NCBI GenBank assembly: GCA_051744325.1
Contig: JBNJCY010000001.1
Location: forward strand, 1-57,673
Reading direction: 5' to 3'
Source: Actinomycetota bacterium
Lineage (GTDB): Bacteria; Actinomycetota; Actinomycetes; Actinomycetales; Actinomycetaceae
Length of the DNA: 57,673 nt
Shown: positions 29,446 to 38,599 of the stretch, piece after piece
Layout: every line of letters begins with the position of its first letter
Numbering within the stretch: the stretch's first letter is position 1
Made by a program: the position numbers and the translations under genes
Notes under the pieces: generated by a model
Told to the model about the DNA's origin: nothing
What the model saw: the letters and a program-made list of their open reading frames with translations, nothing else
Databases searched by the model: none

Positions 29446-30687
29446 TCAGCGCAGGAGGTGGACGAAAAGGCCCGAGCGCAGCTTGGGCTCGAACCAGGTC
29501 GACTTCGGCGGCATGATCATACCGGCGTCGGCGACGGCGAGCAGTTCGTCCATGGAGGTGGGGAAAAGGGCGAAGGCGACCGCTGCGCCACCCCCGTCGA
29601 CGCACTCCTCCAGCTCGACCAGTCCCCGGATGCCCCCGACGAAGTCGATTCGTTGGTCGCGGCGCGGGTCCCCGATGCGCAGGACGGGGGCGAGGAGGTT
29701 CTCCTGGAGGATGGACACGTCGAGGGAGCCGACCGGGTCACCCGGGTCCCACGTCCCCTCCCGAGCGACGAGCCGATACCAGCTGCCGGACAGGTACATC
29801 CCGAACTCGTGGGCGGCGGCGGGTGCCGGATCGCTCTCGGCCGTCGCCACCTCGAAGCGATCCTCGAGCCGGGCCAGGAAGGCCGCGGCGTTCATCCCGG
29901 CGAGGTCGGCGACCACCCGGTTGTAGTCGAGGATGTGGAGCTGGACGTCCGGGAACGCCACAGCCATGAAGTGGTTGAACTCCTCCTCGCCCGTCCACCC
30001 CGGATGCTGTTCCCTCCGCAGCAGCCCTATCCTCGCCGCGGACGCGGTCCGGTGGTGCCCGTCGGCGACGTAGAGGTTCACCATCTCGCCGAAGGCGGCG
30101 CGGAGCGCGTCCACCTCCTCCGCACGTTCCACCCGCCACAGGGTGTGGCCGACCCCGTCCGGGCTCGTGAAGTCGTGGAGCGGGGCGGTCGCCATCACCC
30201 GGGAGGTCACCGCGTCGACGGCGGGGCTGTGGCGGTACGTGAGGAAGACGGGGGAGGGATGGGCGTCGCAGGCGTCCATGTGGCGGACGCGGTCCTCCTC
30301 CTTGTCCGCCCGGGTCAGTTCGTGCCTCCGGATGACATCCGTGAGGTACTCGTCCACGGACGCCAGCCCGACCACGCCCACCTGGGCCCGCCCGTCCATC
30401 ACCTGCCGGTAGACGGAGAAGGTGGGGGCGGCGTCCTGGACCATGTACCCCCGGCTGACGTAGCGGTCGAGGTTGTGCCGTGCGGTCGCGTAGATCCGGG
30501 GGTCGTGCGGGTCGGTCCCCGGGGGCAGGTCCACCTCCGGTTTCTCGACATGGAGGAACGACAGGGGGTGCCGGGCGACCTCTGCGCGGGCCTCGTCGGT
30601 GTCCAGCACGTCGTACGGGAGGGAGGCGATCTCCGCGGCGTGGGCGGGGACGGGTCGCAGGGTTCGGAAGGGGCTGAAGTCCACCAT
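29446..30687 (-). CDS. DUF1015 domain-containing protein
   Basis: MVDFSPFRTLRPVPAHAAEIASLPYDVLDTDEAR...RHELTRADKEEDRVRH...ADGHHRTASA are characteristic DUF1015 strings. The start is at the internal ATG. Confidence 0.85.
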   Translation of the reverse strand: MVDFSPFRTLRPVPAHAAEIASLPYDVLDTDEARAEVARHPLSFLHVEKPEVDLPPGTDPHDPRIYATARHNLDRYVSRGYMVQDAAPTFSVYRQVMDGRAQVGVVGLASVDEYLTDVIRRHELTRADKEEDRVRHMDACDAHPSPVFLTYRHSPAVDAVTSRVMATAPLHDFTSPDGVGHTLWRVERAEEVDALRAAFGEMVNLYVADGHHRTASAARIGLLRREQHPGWTGEEEFNHFMAVAFPDVQLHILDYNRVVADLAGMNAAAFLARLEDRFEVATAESDPAPAAAHEFGMYLSGSWYRLVAREGTWDPGDPVGSLDVSILQENLLAPVLRIGDPRRDQRIDFVGGIRGLVELEECVDGGGAAVAFALFPTSMDELLAVADAGMIMPPKSTWFEPKLRSGLFVHLLR

Positions 30688-30738
30688 CGATGCCTCCTTC
30701 TCGCGGTGCGCCGGGGAGAGCACGCCCGGTCCATCGTG

Positions 30739-30999
30739 TCAGACGGCGGGCACCCCGAGGAGGCTGCCCGCCACGTGGACGGCGTCCCGGGGCCCGCCCG
30801 TGGCACGGACGAAGGCCTGCCTCGCGGTTGGGAGCGTGGCGACGGTCCCGGACAGTGCGCCGTCGATCGAGATCGGGTGCGGCTCGACCACGACACACGC
30901 GATGTCAAGCGCGGCCCAGCCCAAGTGCTTCAGGGCCTGCTCGGTGTCCGCGATCAGGTGCTCGGGGAACTCACGGTCGGCGACCAGTGAGAGTTTCAC
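30739..30999 (-). CDS. Hypothetical 86-aa protein translationally coupled to glgC
   Basis: Its GTG start overlaps the glgC stop (GTGA). Third-position G/C is typical of the genome. I recognise no family. Confidence 0.4.
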   Translation of the reverse strand: MKLSLVADREFPEHLIADTEQALKHLGWAALDIACVVVEPHPISIDGALSGTVATLPTARQAFVRATGGPRDAVHVAGSLLGVPAV

Positions 31000-32240
31000 C
31001 TCGTGATGCGCAACCCCTTCGGGACCACGGTGATGCCACCCTCGGTGACGGTGAAGCCGCGCGCACGGTCGTGTTCATGGTCGATGCCCACCTGGGCGCC
31101 CTCCTCCAACACGACGTTCTTGTCGAGGATGGCCTGGTTGACCACGGTGTTGCGGTTGATGACCGCGTTGTCGAGCACGACTGAGCCGCGAACCGAGGAC
31201 CACGAGTGCATGCGCACGCCGGGGGAGAGTACCGAGTTCACGACCTCGCCTCCGGAGACGATCACACCGGGGGAGACGATCGAGTCGAGCGCGTGGCCGA
31301 TCCGGTCCTGGTGCCCGTAGACGAACTTTGCGGGTGGGAGGCTCGCGTAGCCGGTGTAGAGCGGCCACTCGTAGTTGTAGAGGTTGAACACGGGCTGCAC
31401 GGTGATCAGGTCCATGTTCGCCTCCCAGTAGGCGTCCAGGGTACCGACGTCCCGCCAGTAGTCCTTGTCCCGCGGCGTGGAACCGGGGACGTCGTTCTCG
31501 ATGAAGTCGTACAGCCCGGCGGCGCCCTGGTTCACGAAGTAGGGGACGATGCTCCCGCCCATGTCGTGGGAGGACTCGTCGTCGGCCGCGTCACGGACCA
31601 CGGCCTCCCGCAGCGCGTTGGCGTCGAGGATGTAGTTGCCCATCGAGGCGAGGACCTCGTTCGGCGAGTCCACGAGTCCAGGCGCGTCCTTCGGCTTCTC
31701 GAGGAAGGCGCCGACCTTGCGGGGGTTGTCCTTGTCGGCGTCGATGACGCCGAACTGGTCCGAGAGCGACAGCGGCTGCCGGATGCCCTCGATCGTGAGG
31801 GGGAACCCGCTCTCGATGTGGCTCGCCACCATCTGGGAGAAGTCCATCCGGTAGATGTTGTCCGCGCCCGTGATCACCACGGTCTCGGGCCGCTCGTCGT
31901 CGAGGAGGTTGAGGGACTGGTAGATTGCGTCGGCGCTCCCCTGGAACCATTGCTTCCCGACGCGCTGTTGGGCGGGGACCGGTGTCACATAGTTGTCGAG
32001 CAGGGTGGACATGCGCCACGTCGTGGTCACGTGGCGGTCCAGCGAGTGCGACTTGTACTGCGTGAGGACGACGATCTTGAGGTATCCGGAGTTCACCAGG
32101 TTCGACAGCGCGAAGTCGATGAGGCGGTAGGGACCGCCGAACGGGACGGCTGGCTTCGCCCGGTCCGCGGTGAGGGGCATGAGACGCTTGCCCTCGCCAC
32201 CGGCGAGGACGATTGCGAGCACCTTCGTACGTTTGACCAT
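30996..32240 (-). CDS. glgC: Glucose-1-phosphate adenylyltransferase
   Basis: [46 protein letters not shown], and C-terminal left-handed beta-helix repeats. The start is at the internal ATG (MVKRTK). Confidence 0.93.
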   Translation of the reverse strand: MVKRTKVLAIVLAGGEGKRLMPLTADRAKPAVPFGGPYRLIDFALSNLVNSGYLKIVVLTQYKSHSLDRHVTTTWRMSTLLDNYVTPVPAQQRVGKQWFQGSADAIYQSLNLLDDERPETVVITGADNIYRMDFSQMVASHIESGFPLTIEGIRQPLSLSDQFGVIDADKDNPRKVGAFLEKPKDAPGLVDSPNEVLASMGNYILDANALREAVVRDAADDESSHDMGGSIVPYFVNQGAAGLYDFIENDVPGSTPRDKDYWRDVGTLDAYWEANMDLITVQPVFNLYNYEWPLYTGYASLPPAKFVYGHQDRIGHALDSIVSPGVIVSGGEVVNSVLSPGVRMHSWSSVRGSVVLDNAVINRNTVVNQAILDKNVVLEEGAQVGIDHEHDRARGFTVTEGGITVVPKGLRITR

Positions 32241-32313
32241 GGCCTGACCATAATGCGAAAAGTCGTGGCCCACGCGAGCTTCGGGCGGCGGACTTTTGCG
32301 CCAAGATGGTGAC

Positions 32314-33543
32314 GTGAGCGAAAACCGAATCAGAGTCGACCTGTTGACCCGCGAATACCCCCCGCACATCTACGGAGGTGCGGGAGTCCACGTGGACGAA
32401 CTCGCGCGAGTCCTCCGTAATCTCATCGACGTGCGCGTGCACGCCTTCGACGGACCCCGGGAGCCCGGGACGGTGCCGGAGGGGGTCACGGGGTACTCGG
32501 ACCTCCCGGAACTGGCTGACGCGAACGCAGCGATCCGCACCCTCGGCGTGGACCTGACGATGACGATCGGCACCGCCGGGACGGACCTCGTGCACTCGCA
32601 CACCTGGTACGCCAACATGGCCGGCCACTTCTCGAAGCTGATCCACGGCGTGCCGCACGTGGTCTCCGCGCACTCGCTCGAGCCGCTGCGGCCTTGGAAG
32701 GCCGAGCAGCTCGGCGGCGGCTACCGGGTCTCCAGCTGGGCCGAGAAGACCGCGTACGAGGCCGCCGACGGCATCGTCGCGGTCTCAGAAGGTATGCGGG
32801 ACGACATCCTCCGTTCCTACCCGGCCATCGACCCGGCCAAGGTCGAGGTGATCCACAACGGCATCGACCTCGCCGGGTGGTCCGCCCCGGAGAAGGACGA
32901 CCCGGCGCGACTGGCGACCCTCGCGAAGTGGGGCATCGATGAGTCCCGGCCCATGATCCTGTTCGTCGGGCGCATCACCCGCCAGAAGGGCCTGCCGTAC
33001 TACCTGCGCGCCGCCGAGCAGCTTCCGAAGGACGTCCAGCTCGTGCTCTGCGCCGGTGCGCCGGACACCCCGGAGATCATGAAGGAGGTCACCGACCTCG
33101 TCAAGGGCCTGGCGGCCGAGCGGGACGGCGTCATCTGGATCGAGGAGATGCTGCCCCGCAAGGAACTCGTGGCCATCGAATCCGCTGCCACGACATTTGT
33201 GACGCCCTCGGTGTACGAGCCGCTCGGCATCGTCAACCTGGAGGCCATGGCGGTGGGGATTCCCGTCGTCGGCACCGCGACCGGTGGGATCCCGGACGTC
33301 ATCGTCCACGGGGAGACGGGACTCCTCGTTCCCATCGAGCAGTTGCAGGACGGCACGGGAACGCCGGTCGACCGGGAACGGTTCGAGTCAGATCTGGCCG
33401 GCGCACTGTCCGAGATGGTCTCCGACCCGGACCGCGCCAAGGAGATGGGTGTGGCCTCGCGGAAGCGCGTGGAGGAGCACTTCTCCTGGGACGCCATCGG
33501 AGAGCGCACGGTCGAGTTCTACGAGAAGGTGATCGGCCGCTGA
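32314..33543 (+). CDS. glgA: GT4 glycogen synthase / alpha-maltose-1-phosphate synthase (GlgA, GlgM-type)
   Basis: [45 protein letters not shown], and [22 protein letters not shown] closely resemble mycobacterial GlgM. The gene is divergent from glgC. I prefer the GTG at 32314 over the listed TTG at 32296. Confidence 0.88.
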   Translation: MSENRIRVDLLTREYPPHIYGGAGVHVDELARVLRNLIDVRVHAFDGPREPGTVPEGVTGYSDLPELADANAAIRTLGVDLTMTIGTAGTDLVHSHTWYANMAGHFSKLIHGVPHVVSAHSLEPLRPWKAEQLGGGYRVSSWAEKTAYEAADGIVAVSEGMRDDILRSYPAIDPAKVEVIHNGIDLAGWSAPEKDDPARLATLAKWGIDESRPMILFVGRITRQKGLPYYLRAAEQLPKDVQLVLCAGAPDTPEIMKEVTDLVKGLAAERDGVIWIEEMLPRKELVAIESAATTFVTPSVYEPLGIVNLEAMAVGIPVVGTATGGIPDVIVHGETGLLVPIEQLQDGTGTPVDRERFESDLAGALSEMVSDPDRAKEMGVASRKRVEEHFSWDAIGERTVEFYEKVIGR

Positions 33544-33626
33544 CCGGATGACGCGAACGGGCCCCGGGCGAGCGGGGCGCCTTCGCGTGCCGGTGCTCCG
33601 GTCGCCCAGCAGGATAGGTTGGACGC

Positions 33627-34412
33627 ATGGCCGAAGTCCTCAAGTTCTCCCACGTCTCCGTGCGCCGTGGCAACAAGGTGATCGTCAACGACGTCACCTG
33701 GGAGGTGGGCGACGGCGAAGGCTGGGTCGTGCTCGGACCGAACGGCGCGGGCAAGACAACGATCATCCAGCTCGCGGCCGGACGGATGTTCCCGACCCGG
33801 GGCAACGTCGCCGTGCTCGGCGAACGGCTGGGTGCCGTCGACGTGGCCGAACTGCGGACCCGGGTCGGGTTCGCCTCGGCGGCCCTCGCGGAGCGGATCC
33901 CCGGCACCGAGAAGGTCCTCGACGTCGTCCTGACCGCGGCCTACGGTATGACAGGGCGGTGGCGGGAGGAGTACGACGAGGGCGACGTTCACCGAGCGCG
34001 TGAGCTGCTCTCGGCCTTCGGGGTCGGCTCCCTGACGGACCGGAGGTTCGCGACGCTCTCGGAGGGAGAACGGAAGCGTGTCCAGGTCGCCCGCTCCCTC
34101 ATGAGCGACCCCGAACTGCTCATCCTCGACGAACCGGCCTCCGGGCTGGACCTCGGCGGGCGGGAGGTCCTCCTCGGGGCGTTGGGTGCGCTCGCGGTGG
34201 ACCCGCACGCCCCGATCCTCGTCCTCGTCACCCACCACGTCGAGGAGATTCCCCCGGGCTTCACCCACGGACTGCTCCTGCGGGACGGCCGGGTCGAGGC
34301 CGCGGGTGAGCTGGGCGAGGTGATGACCTCCGACCACCTGTCGCGTACATTTGGAATGCGACTCGTGGTGGAACACCGCAGCGGGCGCTACACCGCCCGC
34401 GCGGATTCCTGA
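33627..34412 (+). CDS. ABC transporter ATP-binding protein with no adjacent permease
   Basis: GPNGAGKTT, LSEGERKRVQVAR, LILDEPASGLD, THHVEE. Confidence 0.85.
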   Translation: MAEVLKFSHVSVRRGNKVIVNDVTWEVGDGEGWVVLGPNGAGKTTIIQLAAGRMFPTRGNVAVLGERLGAVDVAELRTRVGFASAALAERIPGTEKVLDVVLTAAYGMTGRWREEYDEGDVHRARELLSAFGVGSLTDRRFATLSEGERKRVQVARSLMSDPELLILDEPASGLDLGGREVLLGALGALAVDPHAPILVLVTHHVEEIPPGFTHGLLLRDGRVEAAGELGEVMTSDHLSRTFGMRLVVEHRSGRYTARADS

Positions 34413-34423
34413 GAGGAGGGTCC

Positions 34424-34873
34424 ATGGCCTGGATGTGGTGGCTCGGCGGGGCGCTCATCCTCGGGGTGGTCGAGATGCTGACGGTCGACCTCGTCTTCGT
34501 GATGTTCGCCGGCGGCGCTCTTGCCGCGATGGTCGTGGCGCTGCTCGGTCTCCCCGCCTGGGTGCAGGTACTGACCTTCGCCCTCACCTCGTGGGCGTTC
34601 CTCCAGGTTGCGCGTCCCACCGCGAAGGCGTGGATCGAGTCCTCCACGCCGGACACCAAGACCAACGTCGACGCCCTCATCGGCCGTGATGCCCGAGTCA
34701 TCCTCGAGGTGACGGAGGATTCCGGACGGGTGAAGTTCTCCGGCGAGGTCTGGACGGCGAGGAGTGCGAACCGCGGTGAGATCTTCGCCGCCGGGGAGGA
34801 CGTCGTCGTCACCTCGATCAACGGTGCCATCGCCATGGTGGCCCGGCCCGAGCCGCCGAGCGGCAGTTACTGA
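34424..34873 (+). CDS. NfeD-family membrane protein
   Basis: Three N-terminal TM helices plus a C-terminal OB-like segment (GRVKFSGEVWTARS). It lies directly upstream of the SPFH gene. Confidence 0.8.
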   Translation: MAWMWWLGGALILGVVEMLTVDLVFVMFAGGALAAMVVALLGLPAWVQVLTFALTSWAFLQVARPTAKAWIESSTPDTKTNVDALIGRDARVILEVTEDSGRVKFSGEVWTARSANRGEIFAAGEDVVVTSINGAIAMVARPEPPSGSY

Positions 34874-34894
34874 CACCGACGAAGGAGAAAGAAC

Positions 34895-36127
34895 TTGGAC
34901 GCTGGCCAGATAATCCTGTGGATCATCCTCGCCCTCTTCGTGATCTTCGTGATCACCGCCATCTCACGTGCCGTGCGGATCGTCCCCCAGGCGGTCGCCC
35001 TGATCGTCGAACGGCTCGGGAAGTTCCAGACCGTCATGTACGCCGGCCTGCACTTCCTGATCCCGTTCGTGGACCGGGTGCGCGCCGGGGTGGACCTGCG
35101 CGAGCAGGTCGTGTCCTTCCCGCCGCAACCCGTCATCACGTCTGACAACCTCGTCGTCTCCATCGACACGGTCATCTACTTCCAGGTCACCGACCCCAAG
35201 GCTGCCACCTACGAGATCGCCAACTACATCCTCGGCATCGAGCAGCTCACCGTCACCACGCTCCGGAACGTCATCGGCTCGATGGACCTGGAGCAGACCC
35301 TGACATCGCGTGACCAGATCAACGGCCAGCTCCGTGGCGTCCTCGACGAGGCCACCACGAAGTGGGGCATTCGCGTCAACCGCGTCGAGCTCAAGGCGAT
35401 CGACCCGCCCGCCTCGGTCCAGGGCTCCATGGAGCAGCAGATGAAGGCGGAGCGGGACCGCCGGGCGGCGATCCTGACGGCTGAGGGCGTGAAGCAGTCG
35501 GCGATCCTCGAGGCCGAGGGCGAGAAGCAGTCGGCGATCCTCCGGGCCGAGGGCCAGGCGCAGGCCGCGATCCTGCGGGCGCAGGGCGAGTCCCGCGCCA
35601 TCCTCCAGGTCTTCGACGCCATCCACCGCGGCAACGCGGACCCGAAGCTGCTCGCCTACCAGTACCTCCAGACACTGCCCAAGATCGCGAACGGCACCTC
35701 GTCGAAGATGTGGATCGTCCCGACCGAGTTCACCACGGCGCTCGACGCCATCACCAAGGGCTTCGGCGGCGGCGGCACCGGAGGCGAAGGGGCCTCGGTC
35801 GAGCCGGCGGGGCCGGTGGACTTCGGCCCGCACGAAGCCACGATGGTGGACGACCTCGCCAACACCTCCCTCCAGGACCCGTCGGAGGCCCTGCGGGAGG
35901 CGCAGTCCGAGGCTGCCCGCGCCACCGCGGACGCCACGGAGGCGGGTGAAGGTTCGGGGATGCCCTTCTCCAGGTCCGCCGAGGCCGGGATGCGGTCGCA
36001 GGACACGCCCCCGCTCCCGGACCGCCATCCGTGGGATGCCGACCAGGAGCAGCCCCCGGGCGGCCGCCGCGCCGACAAGCCGACCGAGGAGCCGCAGTCA
36101 CCGGAGGAACGCTTCGGGCCCCGGTGA
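34895..36127 (+). CDS. SPFH/Band-7 (stomatin-like) protein with a long disordered C-terminal tail
   Basis: RIVPQAVALIVERLGKFQTV, ITSDNLVVSIDTVIYFQV, and an AEGxKQSAILxAEG coiled-coil repeat. The last 130 aa or so are Gly/Ala/Glu/Pro-rich. The start is the listed TTG. Confidence 0.88.
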   Translation: MDAGQIILWIILALFVIFVITAISRAVRIVPQAVALIVERLGKFQTVMYAGLHFLIPFVDRVRAGVDLREQVVSFPPQPVITSDNLVVSIDTVIYFQVTDPKAATYEIANYILGIEQLTVTTLRNVIGSMDLEQTLTSRDQINGQLRGVLDEATTKWGIRVNRVELKAIDPPASVQGSMEQQMKAERDRRAAILTAEGVKQSAILEAEGEKQSAILRAEGQAQAAILRAQGESRAILQVFDAIHRGNADPKLLAYQYLQTLPKIANGTSSKMWIVPTEFTTALDAITKGFGGGGTGGEGASVEPAGPVDFGPHEATMVDDLANTSLQDPSEALREAQSEAARATADATEAGEGSGMPFSRSAEAGMRSQDTPPLPDRHPWDADQEQPPGGRRADKPTEEPQSPEERFGPR

Positions 36128-36966
36128 TCGTCGAGCTGTCCGAACCGGATGACCCGAGGGTCGTCGAGTACACCAACCTCACCGACGTCGCGCTCCGGAC
36201 CCGTGTGGAACCGGAGTGCGGCGTCTACATCGCCGAGAGTTCCGCAGTCATGCGGCGTGCCGTGGCGGCCGGGCACCGGCCGCGGTCCTTCCTCATGGCC
36301 CCCCGGTGGCTCGAGTCCGTCGCGGACGTCCTCGAGGCTGCCGGTGGAGAGAGCGACGGCGGTGAGCTGCCCGTGTACGTCGCACCTGAGGAGCTGCTGC
36401 GCGGCGTCACGGGCTTCCACCTTCACCGCGGGGCCCTGGCCGCCATGGAACGGCCGGTGCTGCCCGACGTCGCGACCCTGCTGGCGGGCGCCCGTGGCGG
36501 TGCCGGGGCGCGCCGCGTCGTCGTGCTCGAGGACATCGTGGACCACACGAACGTCGGTGCGGCGGTCCGTTCCGCGGCTGCTCTCGGGGTTGACGCCGTC
36601 CTCGTGACGCCCCGCTGTGCGGACCCGCTCTACCGTCGCGCGGTCCGGGTCTCGATGGGCACGATCTTCCAGGTGCCGTGGACGCGGATCGGCCCGTGGC
36701 CCGGCGGGATCGACCTCCTGCGGTCCCTCGGGTTCACGGTGGCGGCCCTCGCTCTCGGGGAGAGTTCGATCCCGCTCGACGAGCTCGCCGACCGCGCCCC
36801 GGAGCGGCTCGCGCTGGTCCTCGGCACCGAGGGTGATGGTCTGGCGGCCCGGACGATCGCCGCGGCGGACCTGAGGGTGACGATCCCCATGGCGGGCGGC
36901 GTGGACTCCCTCAACGTCGCGGCTGCGGGCGCGGTCGCATTCTGGGCCACCAGAGTGCCCGGCTGA
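36124..36966 (+). CDS. TrmH/SpoU-family RNA 2'-O-methyltransferase
   Basis: A GTG at 36124 (GTGA overlap with the SPFH stop). VVVLEDIVDHTNVGAAVRSAAALG, LVLGTEGDGL, IPMAGGVDSLNVAAAGAVA. Confidence 0.85.
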   Translation: MIVELSEPDDPRVVEYTNLTDVALRTRVEPECGVYIAESSAVMRRAVAAGHRPRSFLMAPRWLESVADVLEAAGGESDGGELPVYVAPEELLRGVTGFHLHRGALAAMERPVLPDVATLLAGARGGAGARRVVVLEDIVDHTNVGAAVRSAAALGVDAVLVTPRCADPLYRRAVRVSMGTIFQVPWTRIGPWPGGIDLLRSLGFTVAALALGESSIPLDELADRAPERLALVLGTEGDGLAARTIAAADLRVTIPMAGGVDSLNVAAAGAVAFWATRVPG

Positions 36967-37002
36967 CTGCGCGCCGCTTTCGCGAACAGGCGTCGTGAAC
37001 GC

Positions 37003-37008
37003 TAGATT
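37003..37008 (+). promoter_or_regulatory. Candidate -10 hexamer TAGATT, implying a leaderless heliorhodopsin mRNA
   Basis: TAnnnT-type hexamer ending 6 nt before the ATG at 37015. No Shine-Dalgarno sequence lies in between. Inference only. Confidence 0.3.
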
Positions 37009-37014
37009 GAGTCC

Positions 37015-37779
37015 ATGACCACTCGTACCATCACCCCCGCCGAACAGGGCAGGCTGCGAACCCTCAACCTCGCGGCCGCCGCTCTCCACCTCGCCCAGGC
37101 CATCGCCGTCGTGGTTCTCGCCACCGACTTCGCCCTCCCGATCACCGCGTCCTACATCGCCGGCCCGCCCGGAACCCCCCCGGGTCCCGCCACCAACGTG
37201 GCCGACCTCCCCACCGGCCTCGCGGTCGCGGGCTTCCTGTTCCTGTCCTTCCTCGCGCACCTCATCGTCTCGACGGTGTGGTTCAAGAACTACATCGGGG
37301 ATCTCTCCCGGCAGATCAACCGGGCACGCTGGGTCGAGTACTCCCTGTCCTCGACCCTGATGCTCGTGGTCATCTCCCAACTGGTGGGCATCACGGACGT
37401 CAGCGCCCTCATCGGGATCTCCGGGGCGAACGTCTCGATGATCCTGTTCGGCTGGCTCCAGGAGAAGTACGAGGTGGCCGGGGAAGGTGGCTGGCTCCCG
37501 TTCATCTTCGGCTGCATCGCCGGAATCGTGCCCTGGCTCGCGGTCCTCTTCTACACGATCGCCCCCGGCTCGGACGCCGAGCCCCCCACCTTCGTCTACG
37601 CGATCGTGGTCTCTCTCTTCCTGTTCTTCAACGTCTTCGGCCTCAACCAGTGGCTGCAGTACCGCGCGAAGGGTCGCTGGGCCGACTACCTGGTGGGCGA
37701 GCGTGGCTACATCGTCCTCAGCCTCGTGGCCAAGTCCCTGCTCGCCTGGCAGGTCTTCGGCGGGACCCTGGCGGCCTAG
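37015..37779 (+). CDS. Heliorhodopsin (inverted-topology microbial rhodopsin)
   Basis: 254 aa, 7 TM. NLAAAALHLAQAIAVVVLATDFALPITASYIAGPPG, RWVEYSLSSTLM, ANVSMILFGWLQEKY, LPFIFGCIAGIVPWLAV, FVYAIVVSLFLFFN and GERGYIVLSLVAKSLLAWQVFGGTL are near-identical to strings I recall from prototype heliorhodopsin 48C12. That includes the counterion Glu (WVEYS) and the Schiff-base Lys (SLVAKS). Confidence 0.9.
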   Translation: MTTRTITPAEQGRLRTLNLAAAALHLAQAIAVVVLATDFALPITASYIAGPPGTPPGPATNVADLPTGLAVAGFLFLSFLAHLIVSTVWFKNYIGDLSRQINRARWVEYSLSSTLMLVVISQLVGITDVSALIGISGANVSMILFGWLQEKYEVAGEGGWLPFIFGCIAGIVPWLAVLFYTIAPGSDAEPPTFVYAIVVSLFLFFNVFGLNQWLQYRAKGRWADYLVGERGYIVLSLVAKSLLAWQVFGGTLAA

Positions 37780-38001
37780 ATGCGCTCCTACGGGCGATCG
37801 ATCCTCCTGGCCATCGCACTCGGTGCGCTGGGTGCGGCGATCGGTGCCCTCGTCTACGTGATGCTGAACCCGATGCTGGAGGAGTCCTCAGGATTCCTCC
37901 GCGAACTCCAGGGCCCGCTGTGGAACCTCGTCCCACTGCTGGTGCTCGTTGGTATCGGCCTCGGGTTCTGGCTGGGGCGGCCCCGCGGCCCGAAGGCCTG
38001 A
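37780..38001 (+). CDS. Hypothetical 73-aa two-TM membrane protein abutting the heliorhodopsin stop
   Basis: The ATG immediately follows the TAG at 37777-37779. It has two hydrophobic helices separated by an acidic loop (NPMLEESSGFLRELQG). G/C-rich third positions are consistent with coding. I recognise no family. Confidence 0.45.
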   Translation: MRSYGRSILLAIALGALGAAIGALVYVMLNPMLEESSGFLRELQGPLWNLVPLLVLVGIGLGFWLGRPRGPKA

Positions 38002-38002
38002 C

Positions 38003-38599
38003 TCACAGCGCCAGGCCCTCGACCACCTCGCTGCCCGGCACCTCCCCGAGGAGGGCGCCGGGCAGCAGCAGTTTCGAGCCCCGCACACCGGAGCCGACGA
38101 TTGCCCAGCCGTCCAGCACGCGCGTGTCCACCAGGAGGCGCCACCGTCCCTCGCCCACGGGAAGGCCGAGCGGGGTGATCGCGCCGTACTCCATGCCGGA
38201 GGCCACCACCGCGAGTTCAGTGGCCCAGAAGCTCGCCTTCCGGACGTCGAGGAGGCGCTTGACCCGGTTGTTGACGTCCGCCCGCGTGGTGGCGCGCACC
38301 ACGCACGCGGCCACCCGTTCCTCGCCGCCACGCCGGCCCGCGACGATCACGCAGTTCGCGGAGAGCTCCAGAGGCAGGTCGTAGCGCTCGGACATCGCCG
38401 CGGTGTCGGCGTGGTCCGAGTCGATGGCGGCCACCAGGACGTCGTCGGACGCCGCCGGGACCCGGTCCACGAGCTCGTGGAGGCCTGTCACCACGGGTTC
38501 GCCGAGCAGTTCGGGGGCGTCGACGGCGGGCACCCACGTGAGCGTGCCGAGCCGGGCTGCGCCGTCGCGAAGTCGAGTCGGTTCCATGGTGCTCCTCAC
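38003..38599 (-). CDS. YbaK/EbsC-type aminoacyl-tRNA deacylase (trans-editing domain)
   Basis: SANCVIVAGRRGGEERVAACVVRATTRADVNNRVKRLL...ASGMEYGAITPLGLP...GSGVRGSKLLLP is typical of the YbaK/ProX family. The GTG at 38599 overlaps the trmL stop (GTGA); an alternative ATG is at 38587. Confidence 0.8.
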   Translation of the reverse strand: MRSTMEPTRLRDGAARLGTLTWVPAVDAPELLGEPVVTGLHELVDRVPAASDDVLVAAIDSDHADTAAMSERYDLPLELSANCVIVAGRRGGEERVAACVVRATTRADVNNRVKRLLDVRKASFWATELAVVASGMEYGAITPLGLPVGEGRWRLLVDTRVLDGWAIVGSGVRGSKLLLPGALLGEVPGSEVVEGLAL

